In this document: positions 19,913 to 29,888 of the stretch, piece by piece | How positions within the stretch are numbered: position 1 is the stretch's first letter | Layout: the number at the start of each line of letters is the position of its first letter | Assembly: GCA_963724295.1 (NCBI GenBank) | Contig: CAVRUC010000013.1 | Span: 64,001 to 128,000 of the forward strand | Reading direction: 5' to 3' | Length of the DNA: 64,000 bases | DNA from: an uncultured Chloroflexia bacterium | Lineage (GTDB): Bacteria > Chloroflexota > Chloroflexia > Thermomicrobiales > UBA6265 | Made by a program: the position numbers and the translations under genes | The notes under the pieces: model-generated | Database searches by the model: none | Told to the model about the DNA's origin: nothing | The model's input: the letters and a program-made list of their open reading frames with translations, nothing else

Positions 19913-21262
19913 TCAAACGGCAGCAAGCGAAAAGTCGGGTAACCACGCGGCCTCCGCGGTAAAAAGATCGTCAACCATCGCCCGGATCTGGGGCAGAGTG
20001 AGCACCGCCGCCGTGAGGGGATCGAGCATGATTGCATGGTAGACGTGCTCGCGATTCCCGGAGAATGCGGCTTCCACCGCCAGTTCCTGAACGTTGATCA
20101 TTGCCCGGTTTAGTGCTGCGCACTGCGGTGGCAGCGCGCCGACCGCGAACGGGCGGACGCCGGTCGAGTCGACGTGGCACGGCGCTTCGACGCAGCATCC
20201 CTCGGGCAGATTGGTGATCACGCCGCGGTTCGGCACGTTGCCGTAGATGACGCTTGGTTCGCCCGTCTCCAGCGCGCGGATCAGCGTGGCACCGTATTCA
20301 TGGGATGGTCTGAGCTCGCTCGTCAACTCGGCGAGGAGCGATTCCGTGTGGCCCGTGTCGTCATGGGATGCGCAGAGCTCGTAGTAGTCCCAGCGCTCGG
20401 GCAGATATTCGGCGACGAGCGCGGCGTTCTTGCGGAAATACGGAACATACTCCGATGAATGGTGGCTCGATTCGGTGTGGAAATAGCCGAAAGCCTCCAT
20501 CATCTCGGTCCGAACGCGCTCCATGCGACCCTCATAGAGTGTCGCCTCGGGGTCGGGGCCGATTTCAGTCCACTGGCCGTCGCCCCCCGCGCCATAGCGG
20601 AGGTCCATCACCCGCCGAATCTCCGGGTAGAGGTCACGCTGGCCGTGCTGGACGCGGAGAAACCAGGCGCAATGGTTGATGCCAGCCGCCAGGAATTGCA
20701 CCTCGTCGTAGGGGACGCCGACCTGCCGAGCCAGGAGCCGGGAGCCGGCTTGGATGCTGTGGCAGAGACCGACGGTCTTCTGCCCCAGCCGGTCGAGGTA
20801 CCAGCAGAGCATCGCCATCGGATTGGCGTAGTTGATCAGGAGCCCGTCCGGTGCCAGCTCGCGCAGATCGGCGACGAGCTCGCGCATGACCGGGGCGGTA
20901 CGCAGGAAGCGGAAGACGCCGCCCGGTCCGAGGGTGTCGCCGACAGTCTGGTCGATCCCGTAGCGGCGGGGAATCTGGACGTCGTGCCGGTACGCCTCCA
21001 GCCCGCCAATCTGGAAGGTGACAATGACGTAGTCAGCGCCGTCGAGCGCCCGCCGGCGGTCGGTAGTGGCTTCGATGCGGGTGGGAAGGCAATGGCTAGC
21101 GACGAGGGCACTCGCGGCGCTGGCAGTGCTCTCCAGCCGGCCGGGGTCGATGTCCATCAGTGCCAGTGTTGAATCGTGGAGCTCGGGGTGGCTGAGGATG
21201 TCGCCAACGAGTCGCAGTGGAAAGACGTAGCCTCCCGCCCCAATGATCGCGATCTTTGCCAA
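19913..21262 (-). CDS. Glycoside hydrolase family 4 (NAD+/Mn2+-dependent alpha-glucosidase/galactosidase), paralogue 1
   Basis: KIAIIGAGG, QTVGDTLGPGG, NYANP, GLCHS, AGINH, TESSHHSSEY motifs; TTG start with RBS agggga. Confidence 0.92.
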   Translation of the reverse strand: MAKIAIIGAGGYVFPLRLVGDILSHPELHDSTLALMDIDPGRLESTASAASALVASHCLPTRIEATTDRRRALDGADYVIVTFQIGGLEAYRHDVQIPRRYGIDQTVGDTLGPGGVFRFLRTAPVMRELVADLRELAPDGLLINYANPMAMLCWYLDRLGQKTVGLCHSIQAGSRLLARQVGVPYDEVQFLAAGINHCAWFLRVQHGQRDLYPEIRRVMDLRYGAGGDGQWTEIGPDPEATLYEGRMERVRTEMMEAFGYFHTESSHHSSEYVPYFRKNAALVAEYLPERWDYYELCASHDDTGHTESLLAELTSELRPSHEYGATLIRALETGEPSVIYGNVPNRGVITNLPEGCCVEAPCHVDSTGVRPFAVGALPPQCAALNRAMINVQELAVEAAFSGNREHVYHAIMLDPLTAAVLTLPQIRAMVDDLFTAEAAWLPDFSLAAV

Positions 21263-21507
21263 CTTCCCCTCGCTTTCGACGCACACGCCTCGTCTACGGC
21301 TCGACTGCCTCACCACCTGGACCAGGCAGAAGACAGAGTTGCCACCATTGTGCGATATTTCCAAATACTGAATCGAGTGCGGAAAAACCGTACGCAGTGG
21401 AGGTTGGGAGACTGCCTCTCGCAATGCGGAAGCCGGCAATCGCCTGGGATCGGTGTCGCGGGAGGCAGTGAAGCGGAACGCCTAGAAGGGAACAAGGAGG
21501 TTCACCT

Positions 21508-22869
21508 ATGCCACGACAGATCAGCATCGCGCGACGAAATCTGCTCAAAGGCGCCGGGGCGCTTGCAGCGGGCATGGCGCTCCAGCGAGCACATCTGACC
21601 GGGGCCCAGGATGCCTCGCCCACCGCCGAGCCGGAAGAGGTCACCTACAGCCAGCCGGTCGAAGGAAAGACCAACGTCTCCTGGTGGACGATCAATAACC
21701 CATCCTGGGTCGACGGCAACATCAAGATGATCACGGCCTTCCAGGAAGCAAACCCCGATATCAACATCGTCTATCAGTATTTTCCGTATGACGTCCTGAT
21801 CAGCAAGCTGCAGGCAGGCTACAACTCCGGCACCGTCGCCGACATGCAGCAGATGTTCGGCACCTGGGTGACCGACTACGCCGCTTTCGGCCTCCTCGAT
21901 CCGGTTCCGGCGGACCTGGCCGGGGAGGGGTTCGCCGACCGCTTCTGGGAAGCGTCGATCGGGGCGTTCACCTACAACGAGCAGTACTACGGCATGCCGA
22001 AGGAGTTCAATCTCGAGAACGGTGGCCTGCTGGTCAACCCGGAAATCGTCGAAGCGGAAGGCATTCCCGCGCAGCCGGGAACCTGGCAGGAACTGATCGA
22101 CAGCGCCGTCAAAGCCACCAAATACGATGACCAGGGCCGCATCACGCAGGCCGGTTTCATGATGACCGGCAACGATCCGATCGTCTTCCTCTTCCTGGAA
22201 ATGATTCTGCAGCAAGGCGCCACCTACTGGGCCGACGACGGCGTGCACGTCAATTTCCAGACCGACGCCGCCAAGAAAGCCTGGCAGGACGAGGTCGATC
22301 TGGTCACCAAGTACCACGTTGACGACCTAACTTCGTACGACAGACAACAGGAAATCAACTTCTTCTTCCAGGGCCACGCCGCCTATGCGATGAAAGGCCC
22401 CTGGGTGATCCCGGAAGGGCAGAGGACCTTCCCCGACATGGAGTTCATTTACGTCCCGATGCCGCCTTACATGGGAACGGAAAACATCTTCGCGGCCGAA
22501 TCAGGCTGGGGCGAGGTGGTGAACGTCAATGCCGCGCCCGAGATCAAGGCCGCGGCCTGGAAGTTCATCGACTTCATGACGCAGCCGGACAACCTGCGCG
22601 TGTGGAATCTTTCCACCTACACTCTGCCGTCGTTGAAGTCGATGCAGAACGATCCGCAGATCCTCGAAGTCGCCCCCCTCATGAAGGTCTCCTTCGACGT
22701 CCTACCCTACGGCAGGTGGGTGGGACCGGTGCACAACCGCGACCGCTTCTGGCAGTCGGTCATTGACGCCTTCACTGGTGCCTGCCTCGGCCAGTTGGAT
22801 CCGGCGACGGCGTTGACGCAGGCCGAACAGGAGATCAACGCCATGATCGACGAGTTCGCCGGGCCATAA
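21508..22869 (+). CDS. Carbohydrate ABC transporter substrate-binding protein with Tat signal
   Basis: RRNLLK twin-arginine signal; F..ANPDI, YG.P, G.W, AAWKFIDF motifs; RBS aaggagg. Confidence 0.88.
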   Translation: MPRQISIARRNLLKGAGALAAGMALQRAHLTGAQDASPTAEPEEVTYSQPVEGKTNVSWWTINNPSWVDGNIKMITAFQEANPDINIVYQYFPYDVLISKLQAGYNSGTVADMQQMFGTWVTDYAAFGLLDPVPADLAGEGFADRFWEASIGAFTYNEQYYGMPKEFNLENGGLLVNPEIVEAEGIPAQPGTWQELIDSAVKATKYDDQGRITQAGFMMTGNDPIVFLFLEMILQQGATYWADDGVHVNFQTDAAKKAWQDEVDLVTKYHVDDLTSYDRQQEINFFFQGHAAYAMKGPWVIPEGQRTFPDMEFIYVPMPPYMGTENIFAAESGWGEVVNVNAAPEIKAAAWKFIDFMTQPDNLRVWNLSTYTLPSLKSMQNDPQILEVAPLMKVSFDVLPYGRWVGPVHNRDRFWQSVIDAFTGACLGQLDPATALTQAEQEINAMIDEFAGP

Positions 22870-22901
22870 CGTCTGACTGTACGAAAGCGGGACGCGCAGT
22901 C

Positions 22902-23846
22902 ATGGCCGTTACCACACTCGAAATCCCGGCAGAGCCGCGGGCGGCGCGCCGCCCGCGGCCGCCTGGCTACGCCAGCCAGATGGCCTTCGTCGCCAGTGGG
23001 CTCATCCCGATCCTGGCCCTCTTCGCCATCTTCGCCTTCGCTCCGGTTGGCATCGTCCTCTGGCTCAGCCTGCATCGCTACAACCAGTTGGCGCCGACGG
23101 CGCCTTTCATCGGGCTGCGCAACTACGAGTTCGCCTTCACGCAGGACCCCTACTTCACGAACGCGCTCTTCGTGACGTTGAAGTACGCGCTGGTCGCCGT
23201 GCCGTTCAACTTGATCATCGCCCTGCCGATTGCCATAGGATTGAATCAGGTGACGCGCCTGCGCGCTGTCTTCCGCTCGGCCTTCTTCCTGCCGACGGTG
23301 GCCTCGGCGGTGGCGGTCTCCCTGATTTGGAACTACATGTACTCGCCGCAAGCGGGCGCGGTGAACGCTTTGTTGAGTCGGTTTGGCTTGCCTCAACCGT
23401 CCTGGATGGCTGATCCCGTCGTCACGCTCTGGGCGATTTTGGTCACCGCCGTCTGGCAGGATCTCGGCTACAACATTCTCATCCTGCTGGCCGGCTTGCA
23501 GACAATCCCCGATGACTTCTACGACGCGGCGAAGGTGGATGGCGCGGGCCCGTTCGCCCGCTTCAAGGACGTCACCATTCCCTTGCTGAGCCGGACGCTG
23601 CTGCTAGTAACCGTGCTAACGATGATTTCCTATCTGCAGCAGTTCACCTATGTCAACATCATGCCTGCCGGTGGACCAGGCGGGCCGATCCACACCACCG
23701 AGACGCTCGTCCTCTACGTCTACACCAAGGCCTTCTCGAACATGCAACTCGGCTACGCCTCGGCCATCTCAGTGGTGCTGATGGCGATCATTCTGATTGT
23801 TACCCTCATCCAGTTCCGGTTCCTGCGCACGCGCTGGGAGTATTGA
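22902..23846 (+). CDS. Carbohydrate ABC transporter permease (MalF/UgpA-like)
   Basis: FIGLRNY, FFLP, LAGLQTIP..YDAAKVDGA (EAA loop), GYASA motifs. Confidence 0.92.
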   Translation: MAVTTLEIPAEPRAARRPRPPGYASQMAFVASGLIPILALFAIFAFAPVGIVLWLSLHRYNQLAPTAPFIGLRNYEFAFTQDPYFTNALFVTLKYALVAVPFNLIIALPIAIGLNQVTRLRAVFRSAFFLPTVASAVAVSLIWNYMYSPQAGAVNALLSRFGLPQPSWMADPVVTLWAILVTAVWQDLGYNILILLAGLQTIPDDFYDAAKVDGAGPFARFKDVTIPLLSRTLLLVTVLTMISYLQQFTYVNIMPAGGPGGPIHTTETLVLYVYTKAFSNMQLGYASAISVVLMAIILIVTLIQFRFLRTRWEY

Positions 23847-23849
23847 GCC

Positions 23850-24704
23850 ATGGAGCAGACACTCGACGAGCGCCCGGCGAGCCAGCAGAGCTGGAATCTT
23901 GGCCAGTTTCTCTTGATCGCCCTCTTTGTCGTCGTCACCATCATCTTTGTCATGCCGTTGGTGGTGATGGTCCTCAGCGCCTTCAAGCCACAGTCCGAGA
24001 TCCTGCGTATCCCACCGTCGTTCTGGCCGGAAGCGCCAACCCTCGACAATTTCCGCGCCGTGCTCAACGAGGCACCGTATGGGACGTGGTACCGCAACAG
24101 CATGGTGGTGGCGGTGGCGGTGACGACGATGAACCTCCTCACCAGCTCCCTCGGCGGCTACATCTTCGCCAACTTCGACTTTCCGCTGAAACAGCCTCTC
24201 TTCATCCTGATCTTGATCACCTTGATGATCCCCTTCCCCGTGTTGCTGATTCCGAACTACATCATCGCCAATCGCCTTGGCGTGCTGAACAGCCTCTGGG
24301 CGCTGATCCTGCCCGGAATGGTCAGCGCCTTTGGCATCTTCTTGATGCGTCAGTTCGCCGCCGGCATCCCGCGCGACCTGATCGAAGCGGCGCGTCTTGA
24401 CGGCGCCAGCGAGTGGTCGATCTTCGCCCGCATAGTCGCGCCGCTAATGCGGCCGGCGCTGGCGGCGCTGGGCGTCTTCACCTTCCTGGCTTCATGGAAC
24501 GACTACCTCTGGCCGCTCGTGGCGATCAACGATCTCGACAAGAGCACGATCCCGCTGGCGCTGGCGTTCTTCAACGACTTCCGCGCGTCCCGCTACGACC
24601 TCATCATGGCCGCGGCGACGATGGCCGTCATCCCAGTGCTGGTCGTCTTCCTGATTTTCCAACGGCAGATCGTCAAGGCCCTGGTTCTGGCTGGGATGCG
24701 GTAA
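23850..24704 (+). CDS. Carbohydrate ABC transporter permease (MalG/UgpE-like)
   Basis: SAFK, TLDNF, IPRDLIEAARLDGA, WNDYLWPL motifs. Confidence 0.92.
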   Translation: MEQTLDERPASQQSWNLGQFLLIALFVVVTIIFVMPLVVMVLSAFKPQSEILRIPPSFWPEAPTLDNFRAVLNEAPYGTWYRNSMVVAVAVTTMNLLTSSLGGYIFANFDFPLKQPLFILILITLMIPFPVLLIPNYIIANRLGVLNSLWALILPGMVSAFGIFLMRQFAAGIPRDLIEAARLDGASEWSIFARIVAPLMRPALAALGVFTFLASWNDYLWPLVAINDLDKSTIPLALAFFNDFRASRYDLIMAAATMAVIPVLVVFLIFQRQIVKALVLAGMR

Positions 24705-24752
24705 GTTCCGCATCGAGATCGAGGCGGACTGGCTGGCTCCGCCGGAGGAGAA

Positions 24753-25505
24753 ATGGCAATGCAGGTGGTACAGACTGAAATCGATGTCGAACGCTACGCA
24801 CGGGAGGGGTATCTCACCGCGCCGTCCGTCTTGTCGCCCGATCAGCTCGCGGAGCTGCGGGCGGAGTCGGACCGGGTACTCGCCCTCTGCGCGCGCGAAC
24901 CCGAGCGGTATGCGCAGCGGATCCAATGGGAGACCGATCACCTGGCGAGCGAAGACCAACGCGGCATGGAGCGAGTGATTCGGAAGTTGGAGCCCGTCTC
25001 CGATCTCAGCCCGGCGTTTGCCCACTACGCCAGGCACCCGGGCATCATCGATCCGTTGCGCAAGATCTTCGACGACGATGTCTCACTTTTCGAAGACAAG
25101 CTCAACCTCAAGTTGCCTGGTGGCTCGGCGTACCCCTGGCACCAGGACTGGGCCTGTTGCTGGCGTGCGCACACGGACGAGTTGATCACCTGTTTCATCT
25201 ACCTGGACGATGCGGACGAGACCATGGGCTGCCTGCAGGTGGTGCCGGGCAGTCATCTCGGAAAGCCGATCTGCCCCTTCAAACCGGGCAGCAAGTTCGA
25301 GATCGATCCATCGTGCGTAGATGTGGACAAGGTGGTTCCCGTGCCACTGCAGGCGGGAGGGATGATCTACTTCGACCCCTACCTGTTGCACTACTCCGAT
25401 CTGAACCGCAGCACAAAGCCGCGGCGGACGATCATCTATACCTACAATCCGGCGCGGCTCGGCGCTATCAACGAGGATCGCTTCCTGCCTGAAAGCGCTG
25501 TTTAG
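24753..25505 (+). CDS. Phytanoyl-CoA dioxygenase (PhyH) family Fe(II)/2-oxoglutarate oxygenase
   Basis: K.PGG...PWHQD, LDDA...GCLQVVPGSH, LLHYS..N.S...RR motifs (HxD...H). Confidence 0.88.
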   Translation: MAMQVVQTEIDVERYAREGYLTAPSVLSPDQLAELRAESDRVLALCAREPERYAQRIQWETDHLASEDQRGMERVIRKLEPVSDLSPAFAHYARHPGIIDPLRKIFDDDVSLFEDKLNLKLPGGSAYPWHQDWACCWRAHTDELITCFIYLDDADETMGCLQVVPGSHLGKPICPFKPGSKFEIDPSCVDVDKVVPVPLQAGGMIYFDPYLLHYSDLNRSTKPRRTIIYTYNPARLGAINEDRFLPESAV

Positions 25506-25537
25506 GCGATCTCATCCCAGGGTCAGGAAAGACGCAC

Positions 25538-26896
25538 GTGAAAATCGTCATCATTGGTGCGGGCAGCACGGTTTTCACCCCCGGTCTCATTGCCGATCTG
25601 ACTGGATCCACACTCTTCGCGGACGCCACCGTTGCGCTCGTCGACATCAACCCCCGTTCGGCCGAGACGATGGCACGCTATGCCGAGCGGGTCGCCCGTG
25701 AACGCGGTGTTGGACTGCGGGTCGAATATGCCACCGACCGCCGCGAGGTGCTCGCCGGCGCCGACTTCGTCACCGTCACCATCGCCGTCGGTGGGGTGAA
25801 AGCCTGGGAGCGCGACGTCCGCATCCCCGAGGCGCACGGTGTCTGGCAGACCGTCGGCGATAGCGTGGGACCCGGCGGCGTCTTCCGCGCTCTGCGCCAT
25901 GTGCCGGAGCTCGTCGCCATCGCCCGGGACATGGAAGAGCTCTGTCCCGACGCCTGGCTCTTCAACTACACCAATCCGCTCACCGCGCTCGTGCGCGCCG
26001 TCCACAAGACAAGCCCCATTAGATGCGCCGGGCTCTGCCACGGAGTGCTCCACACTCGGGAGACCATCGCACACGATCTTGGGCTCAATCCGGCTGATCT
26101 CAATCTGACCGCGGCCGGAATCAATCACCTGGCCTGGGTGCTCGCCCTCCGGCACGACGGCCGGGACGTCTACCCTCGCTTCCGGGAACTGGTTCGCGGT
26201 TGGTTGACCTCAGCGCCGCCACCGTCCGACGATCCGTACGAAGGGTTCCAGGAGGTCAGCGCCCGACTCATGGAGCTGTATGGCTTCTATCCGTCGCCGG
26301 GGGATCGCCACGTCGCCGAGTTCTTCCCATTCTTTCTCCGTCAGACCCGTGACGGCCTGGGTTACGGATTGCAATCGGGCTTGGACATGACGAACGACAT
26401 CCTCGCCTCCCGTGACGAGCGGTGGGATCGCATCGCCGATCAGGCTGAGGGGCGCACCGAGCTGGACCGCACGCTGTTTGATGAGGCGCGGGAGGGTGAG
26501 CGCGTGGTCTCGATCATGGAGGCGATCGTGATGGACCGACCGCTGCTGGAGCTGGCGGTCAATGTGCGCAATGACGGATTGATCCCGAACCTCCCGGCGG
26601 AGGCGGTCGTCGAGGTTCCAGGCCTGGCCGATGGTCGCGGAGTCCACGGTATTGCCGTTGGCGCCTTGCCAGAGGGGATCGCGGGTATCCTCGCCGCGCG
26701 CGCCCGACAGCAGGAGTTGACGGTCGACGCGGCGCTGACCGGTGACCGGGCGCTGGCGTTGCAGGCGCTCCTGGCTGACCCTCTTGTCCCATCAGTCGAG
26801 ACGGCGACGGCGATGCTCGACGAAGCCATCGAGACCCATGCCACACATCTGCCCTGGTTCACTTCAGCCTTTGCCACATCGGGGCAACCTGGATAA
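25538..26896 (+). CDS. Glycoside hydrolase family 4, paralogue 2
   Basis: KIVIIGAGS, QTVGDSVGPGG, NYTNP, GLCHG, AGINH, GDRHVAEF motifs. Confidence 0.9.
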   Translation: MKIVIIGAGSTVFTPGLIADLTGSTLFADATVALVDINPRSAETMARYAERVARERGVGLRVEYATDRREVLAGADFVTVTIAVGGVKAWERDVRIPEAHGVWQTVGDSVGPGGVFRALRHVPELVAIARDMEELCPDAWLFNYTNPLTALVRAVHKTSPIRCAGLCHGVLHTRETIAHDLGLNPADLNLTAAGINHLAWVLALRHDGRDVYPRFRELVRGWLTSAPPPSDDPYEGFQEVSARLMELYGFYPSPGDRHVAEFFPFFLRQTRDGLGYGLQSGLDMTNDILASRDERWDRIADQAEGRTELDRTLFDEAREGERVVSIMEAIVMDRPLLELAVNVRNDGLIPNLPAEAVVEVPGLADGRGVHGIAVGALPEGIAGILAARARQQELTVDAALTGDRALALQALLADPLVPSVETATAMLDEAIETHATHLPWFTSAFATSGQPG

Positions 26897-26955
26897 GAGA
26901 CGGCTGATTCTGCTCCCTATGAACCATTGAGAGCTGGACGAAGGAATCACGCTCA

Positions 26956-28065
26956 GTGGGCTCACGTGACACCACGGTGAATCTGACGCTACGCGAATAC
27001 GAACCGCAGCCAATGTTGACGGTGGAGGCGCATGAAGTCCTCCAGCCGCGCTTCCCGGTCATCGACGCGCACAATCACCTCGGCGACGCGTTCCTCACCT
27101 GGAGCGAGGACTGGCTCAGCCGGCCGGTCAGCCAGCTCATCGCGACGATGGACGAAGCCGGCGTGCACGCCATGGTCGACCTCGATGGCCGATGGGGCGA
27201 CCTTCTGCGCGCCGAGCTTGCCCGCTATCAGGAACCCTATCCGGACCGCTTCGCCGTCTTCTCCGGGATCGACTACGACAATTTCGCGACCGACCCCAGT
27301 TTTGGCGAGACGGAGGCGAAGCGCCTGCGCGAGTCGGTGGCCCTCGGCGCGCGCGGCTTGAAGGTCTGGAAGAGGCTTGGGCTGCGCCTGCGCGATACCG
27401 AGGGGAAGCTCATCCCGGTCGACGATCCCCGGCTCGATCCGCTCTGGGCGGCGGCGGCTGAGCTCGACGTGCCGGTCCTGATTCACATCGCCGACCCGGT
27501 CGCCTTCTTTACGCCGCTCGACCGCTTCAACGAGCGCTGGGAGGAGCTCCACGAAAACCCGGACTGGCACTTCTACCCGACGCGGCCAAAGGGTGCCCTC
27601 AGCCATCCCGACTTTCCGTCGTTCGACGAGATCATGGAGCAGTTCGAGAGTCTGCTGCGGCGGCATCCCGGCACAGACTTCATCGGCGCGCACGTCGGCT
27701 GCTACGCCGAAAATCTCGGCTGGGTCGGCCGGGTCATGGATGCCTGTCCGAACTTCTACGCCGACATCAGCGCGCGCATCGCCGAGCTTGGCCGCCAGCC
27801 ATACACGGCGCGCGACTTCTTTATCGCGCACCAGGACCGTATCCTTTTCGGCACCGACTCCCAGCCCGACCTACAAACCTACGCCATTTACTACCGCTTC
27901 CTGGAAACGCGCGATGAATACTTCAGCTACGGCCGGGAGCAACCGCCCGGCGCCGGCCGCTGGCAGATCTACGGTCTTGATCTGCCCGATGATGTGCTCA
28001 GGAAGGTCTACGCGGAGAATGCGCGGCGGGTGATATTCGACAGGCAGTCGGGCAGCAACGCGTAG
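26956..28065 (+). CDS. Amidohydrolase family (Amidohydro_2) metal-dependent hydrolase
   Basis: IDAHNH, GLKVWK, PVLIHIADP, IGAH, DRILFGTD motifs. Confidence 0.88.
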   Translation: MGSRDTTVNLTLREYEPQPMLTVEAHEVLQPRFPVIDAHNHLGDAFLTWSEDWLSRPVSQLIATMDEAGVHAMVDLDGRWGDLLRAELARYQEPYPDRFAVFSGIDYDNFATDPSFGETEAKRLRESVALGARGLKVWKRLGLRLRDTEGKLIPVDDPRLDPLWAAAAELDVPVLIHIADPVAFFTPLDRFNERWEELHENPDWHFYPTRPKGALSHPDFPSFDEIMEQFESLLRRHPGTDFIGAHVGCYAENLGWVGRVMDACPNFYADISARIAELGRQPYTARDFFIAHQDRILFGTDSQPDLQTYAIYYRFLETRDEYFSYGREQPPGAGRWQIYGLDLPDDVLRKVYAENARRVIFDRQSGSNA

Positions 28066-28070
28066 CTGGC

Positions 28071-28154
28071 GTCATGCCGACAAGCATCGAGGAATCTCGG
28101 CGCAGCGCCTGTGGACGCTGGAGAACGACGAGTTGCCTCGTAGGTTGGGATGAT
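28071..28154. repeat. Degenerate REP-like inverted repeat pair
   Basis: gtcatgccgac...cgaggaatctcg pairs imperfectly with cgagttgcctcg...gttgggatgat; resembles GTCATYCCGA...GAGGAATCTC-type intergenic REPs. Confidence 0.5.
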
Positions 28155-28232
28155 ACGACTCGCACTCGCCACGCCGACTGCCGCCACGCCGTCAGGGTGA
28201 CGGGAATCAATCACGGAAGGAACGACGTTCAC

Positions 28233-29666
28233 ATGACAAAGATCGCGTTCATTGGCGCCGGCAGCACCGTCTTCGCGCGGAACCTGTTGCAGGACCTCTT
28301 TACCTTTCCGGACCTGCACGGCTCGACGATCGCCTTGATGGACATCGATCCGGGGCGGCTGGCCGACACCGAGGCGGTGGCCAAGCTGCTGGCGCAGTCG
28401 GCGCGCGCTAACCCGACCATCGAGGCGACGACGGACCTGCGCGCCGCCCTCGATGGAGCCGACTACGCGATCAATATGATTCAGGTCGGCGGCTACCGGC
28501 CCTCGACGGTGATCGACTTCGAGATCCCGAAGCGCTACGGCCTGCGCCAGACCATCGGCGACACCCTCGGCATCGGCGGCATCATGCGCGCCCTGCGTAC
28601 CATCCCGGTGATGCTCGACTTTGCGCGGACGATGGAGGAGGTCTGCCCGGACGTCCTCTTCCTCAACTACACGAACCCCATGGCGATGCTCTGCATGGCC
28701 ATGAACCGGGCCACGGCGATCAAGACGGTTGGCCTCTGCCACAGCGTGCACAACACGGCTGAAGACATCGCCAACTGGCTTGGCGTGTCCTTCGACGAGG
28801 TCAACTTCGTCTGCGCTGGGATCAATCATGTCGCCTTCATGCTCCGCTACGAGCGTGACGGCGAGGACCTCTACCCAGCGCTGCGACAGTTCGCCGCCGA
28901 GCACCGCGAGCCGGCCTGGGAGCGGGTGCGCTTCGAGTTGTTGCGCCGCTTCGGCTACTTCGTCACCGAGTCGAGCGAGCACTTTTCGGAATATGTGCCC
29001 TGGTTCATCAAACCGGGCCGCGACGACCTCATCCAGAAGTACAACATCCCGCTTGACGAGTATCCGGCCCGCTGCGAAGACCAGATCGCCGATTGGGCCG
29101 ACTTCCGCGCCGCTCTCACCTCCGCCGACCCGGAGGCGATGACCCGCTACCGGGAGGCGCGACAGGATCGCCTGCATGGGATGGACGCGAGGCGCATCGC
29201 CATGGTCGAGAAGGAAGATCCCGCCCTGGCCGCTTCAATGCGCGCGGAAGCCCTCGCGGAACAGCACGAAGAGGAGAACGGCCATTCTGGCGAGTACGGA
29301 ACGTTGATCATCCACAGCGCGGAGACCGGCCAGGAACGGGTCGTCTACGGCAACGTCGAGAACTGGAATTCGATCACCAACCTACCGGCGAGCTGCACGG
29401 TCGAAGTGCCGTGCCTCGTCGACCGCAACGGCGTGCAGCCGACGCTAGTGGGCACGCTCCCGCCGCAACTAGCGGCACTGATGCAAACCAATATCAATGT
29501 CCAGGAGCTGACGGTCACGGCATCGCTCACTGGGAAACGAGAGCACGTCTACCAGGCGGCGATGCTCGATCCACACACCGCGGCGGAGCTCGATCCCGAG
29601 CAGATCTGCGCCCTCGTCGACGACCTCCTCGAGGCCCACGGGAGCATGATTCCGGAGATGGTGTGA
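28233..29666 (+). CDS. melA: Glycoside hydrolase family 4 alpha-galactosidase (MelA-like), paralogue 3
   Basis: KIAFIGAGSTVF, LRQTIGDTLGIGG, NYTNPM, GLCHSV, VTESSEHFSEYVPWF, IPLDEYP.RC, LDPHTAAEL motifs. Confidence 0.88.
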   Translation: MTKIAFIGAGSTVFARNLLQDLFTFPDLHGSTIALMDIDPGRLADTEAVAKLLAQSARANPTIEATTDLRAALDGADYAINMIQVGGYRPSTVIDFEIPKRYGLRQTIGDTLGIGGIMRALRTIPVMLDFARTMEEVCPDVLFLNYTNPMAMLCMAMNRATAIKTVGLCHSVHNTAEDIANWLGVSFDEVNFVCAGINHVAFMLRYERDGEDLYPALRQFAAEHREPAWERVRFELLRRFGYFVTESSEHFSEYVPWFIKPGRDDLIQKYNIPLDEYPARCEDQIADWADFRAALTSADPEAMTRYREARQDRLHGMDARRIAMVEKEDPALAASMRAEALAEQHEEENGHSGEYGTLIIHSAETGQERVVYGNVENWNSITNLPASCTVEVPCLVDRNGVQPTLVGTLPPQLAALMQTNINVQELTVTASLTGKREHVYQAAMLDPHTAAELDPEQICALVDDLLEAHGSMIPEMV

Positions 29667-29718
29667 GACGGAGACATGGAGACGGGGGCGGCTGTCTGCT
29701 GTTAGCTGTTGGCTACTA
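29665..29718 (+). repeat. Short tandem repeats (GAGAC x3, then 7-mer GCTGTTR-like x4)
   Basis: gagacg gagacatg gagacggg ... gctgtct gctgtta gctgttg gctacta. Confidence 0.6.
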
Positions 29719-29888
29719 GAGCCCGTCGTCATTTGAGCCAAGCCAGGGCGCAGACGAGGTGACCGCCTGCGAGGAAGTTTCCGGACCTGGGCCTGCGCTA
29801 CGTCGTGAATGTGTCCGCCGGTGAGGCTCACCGCGCCCGATTATGAGAGAACGTCCTATCGAACCTCGATCGGCGGTACGCTTACGCA

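Noticed and set aside
21340..21400. AT-rich patch with a small dyad (tattt-cc-aaata) between the divergent GH4 and ABC genes
   Set aside because: Plausible promoter or operator, but too short and not repeated elsewhere to support a call.
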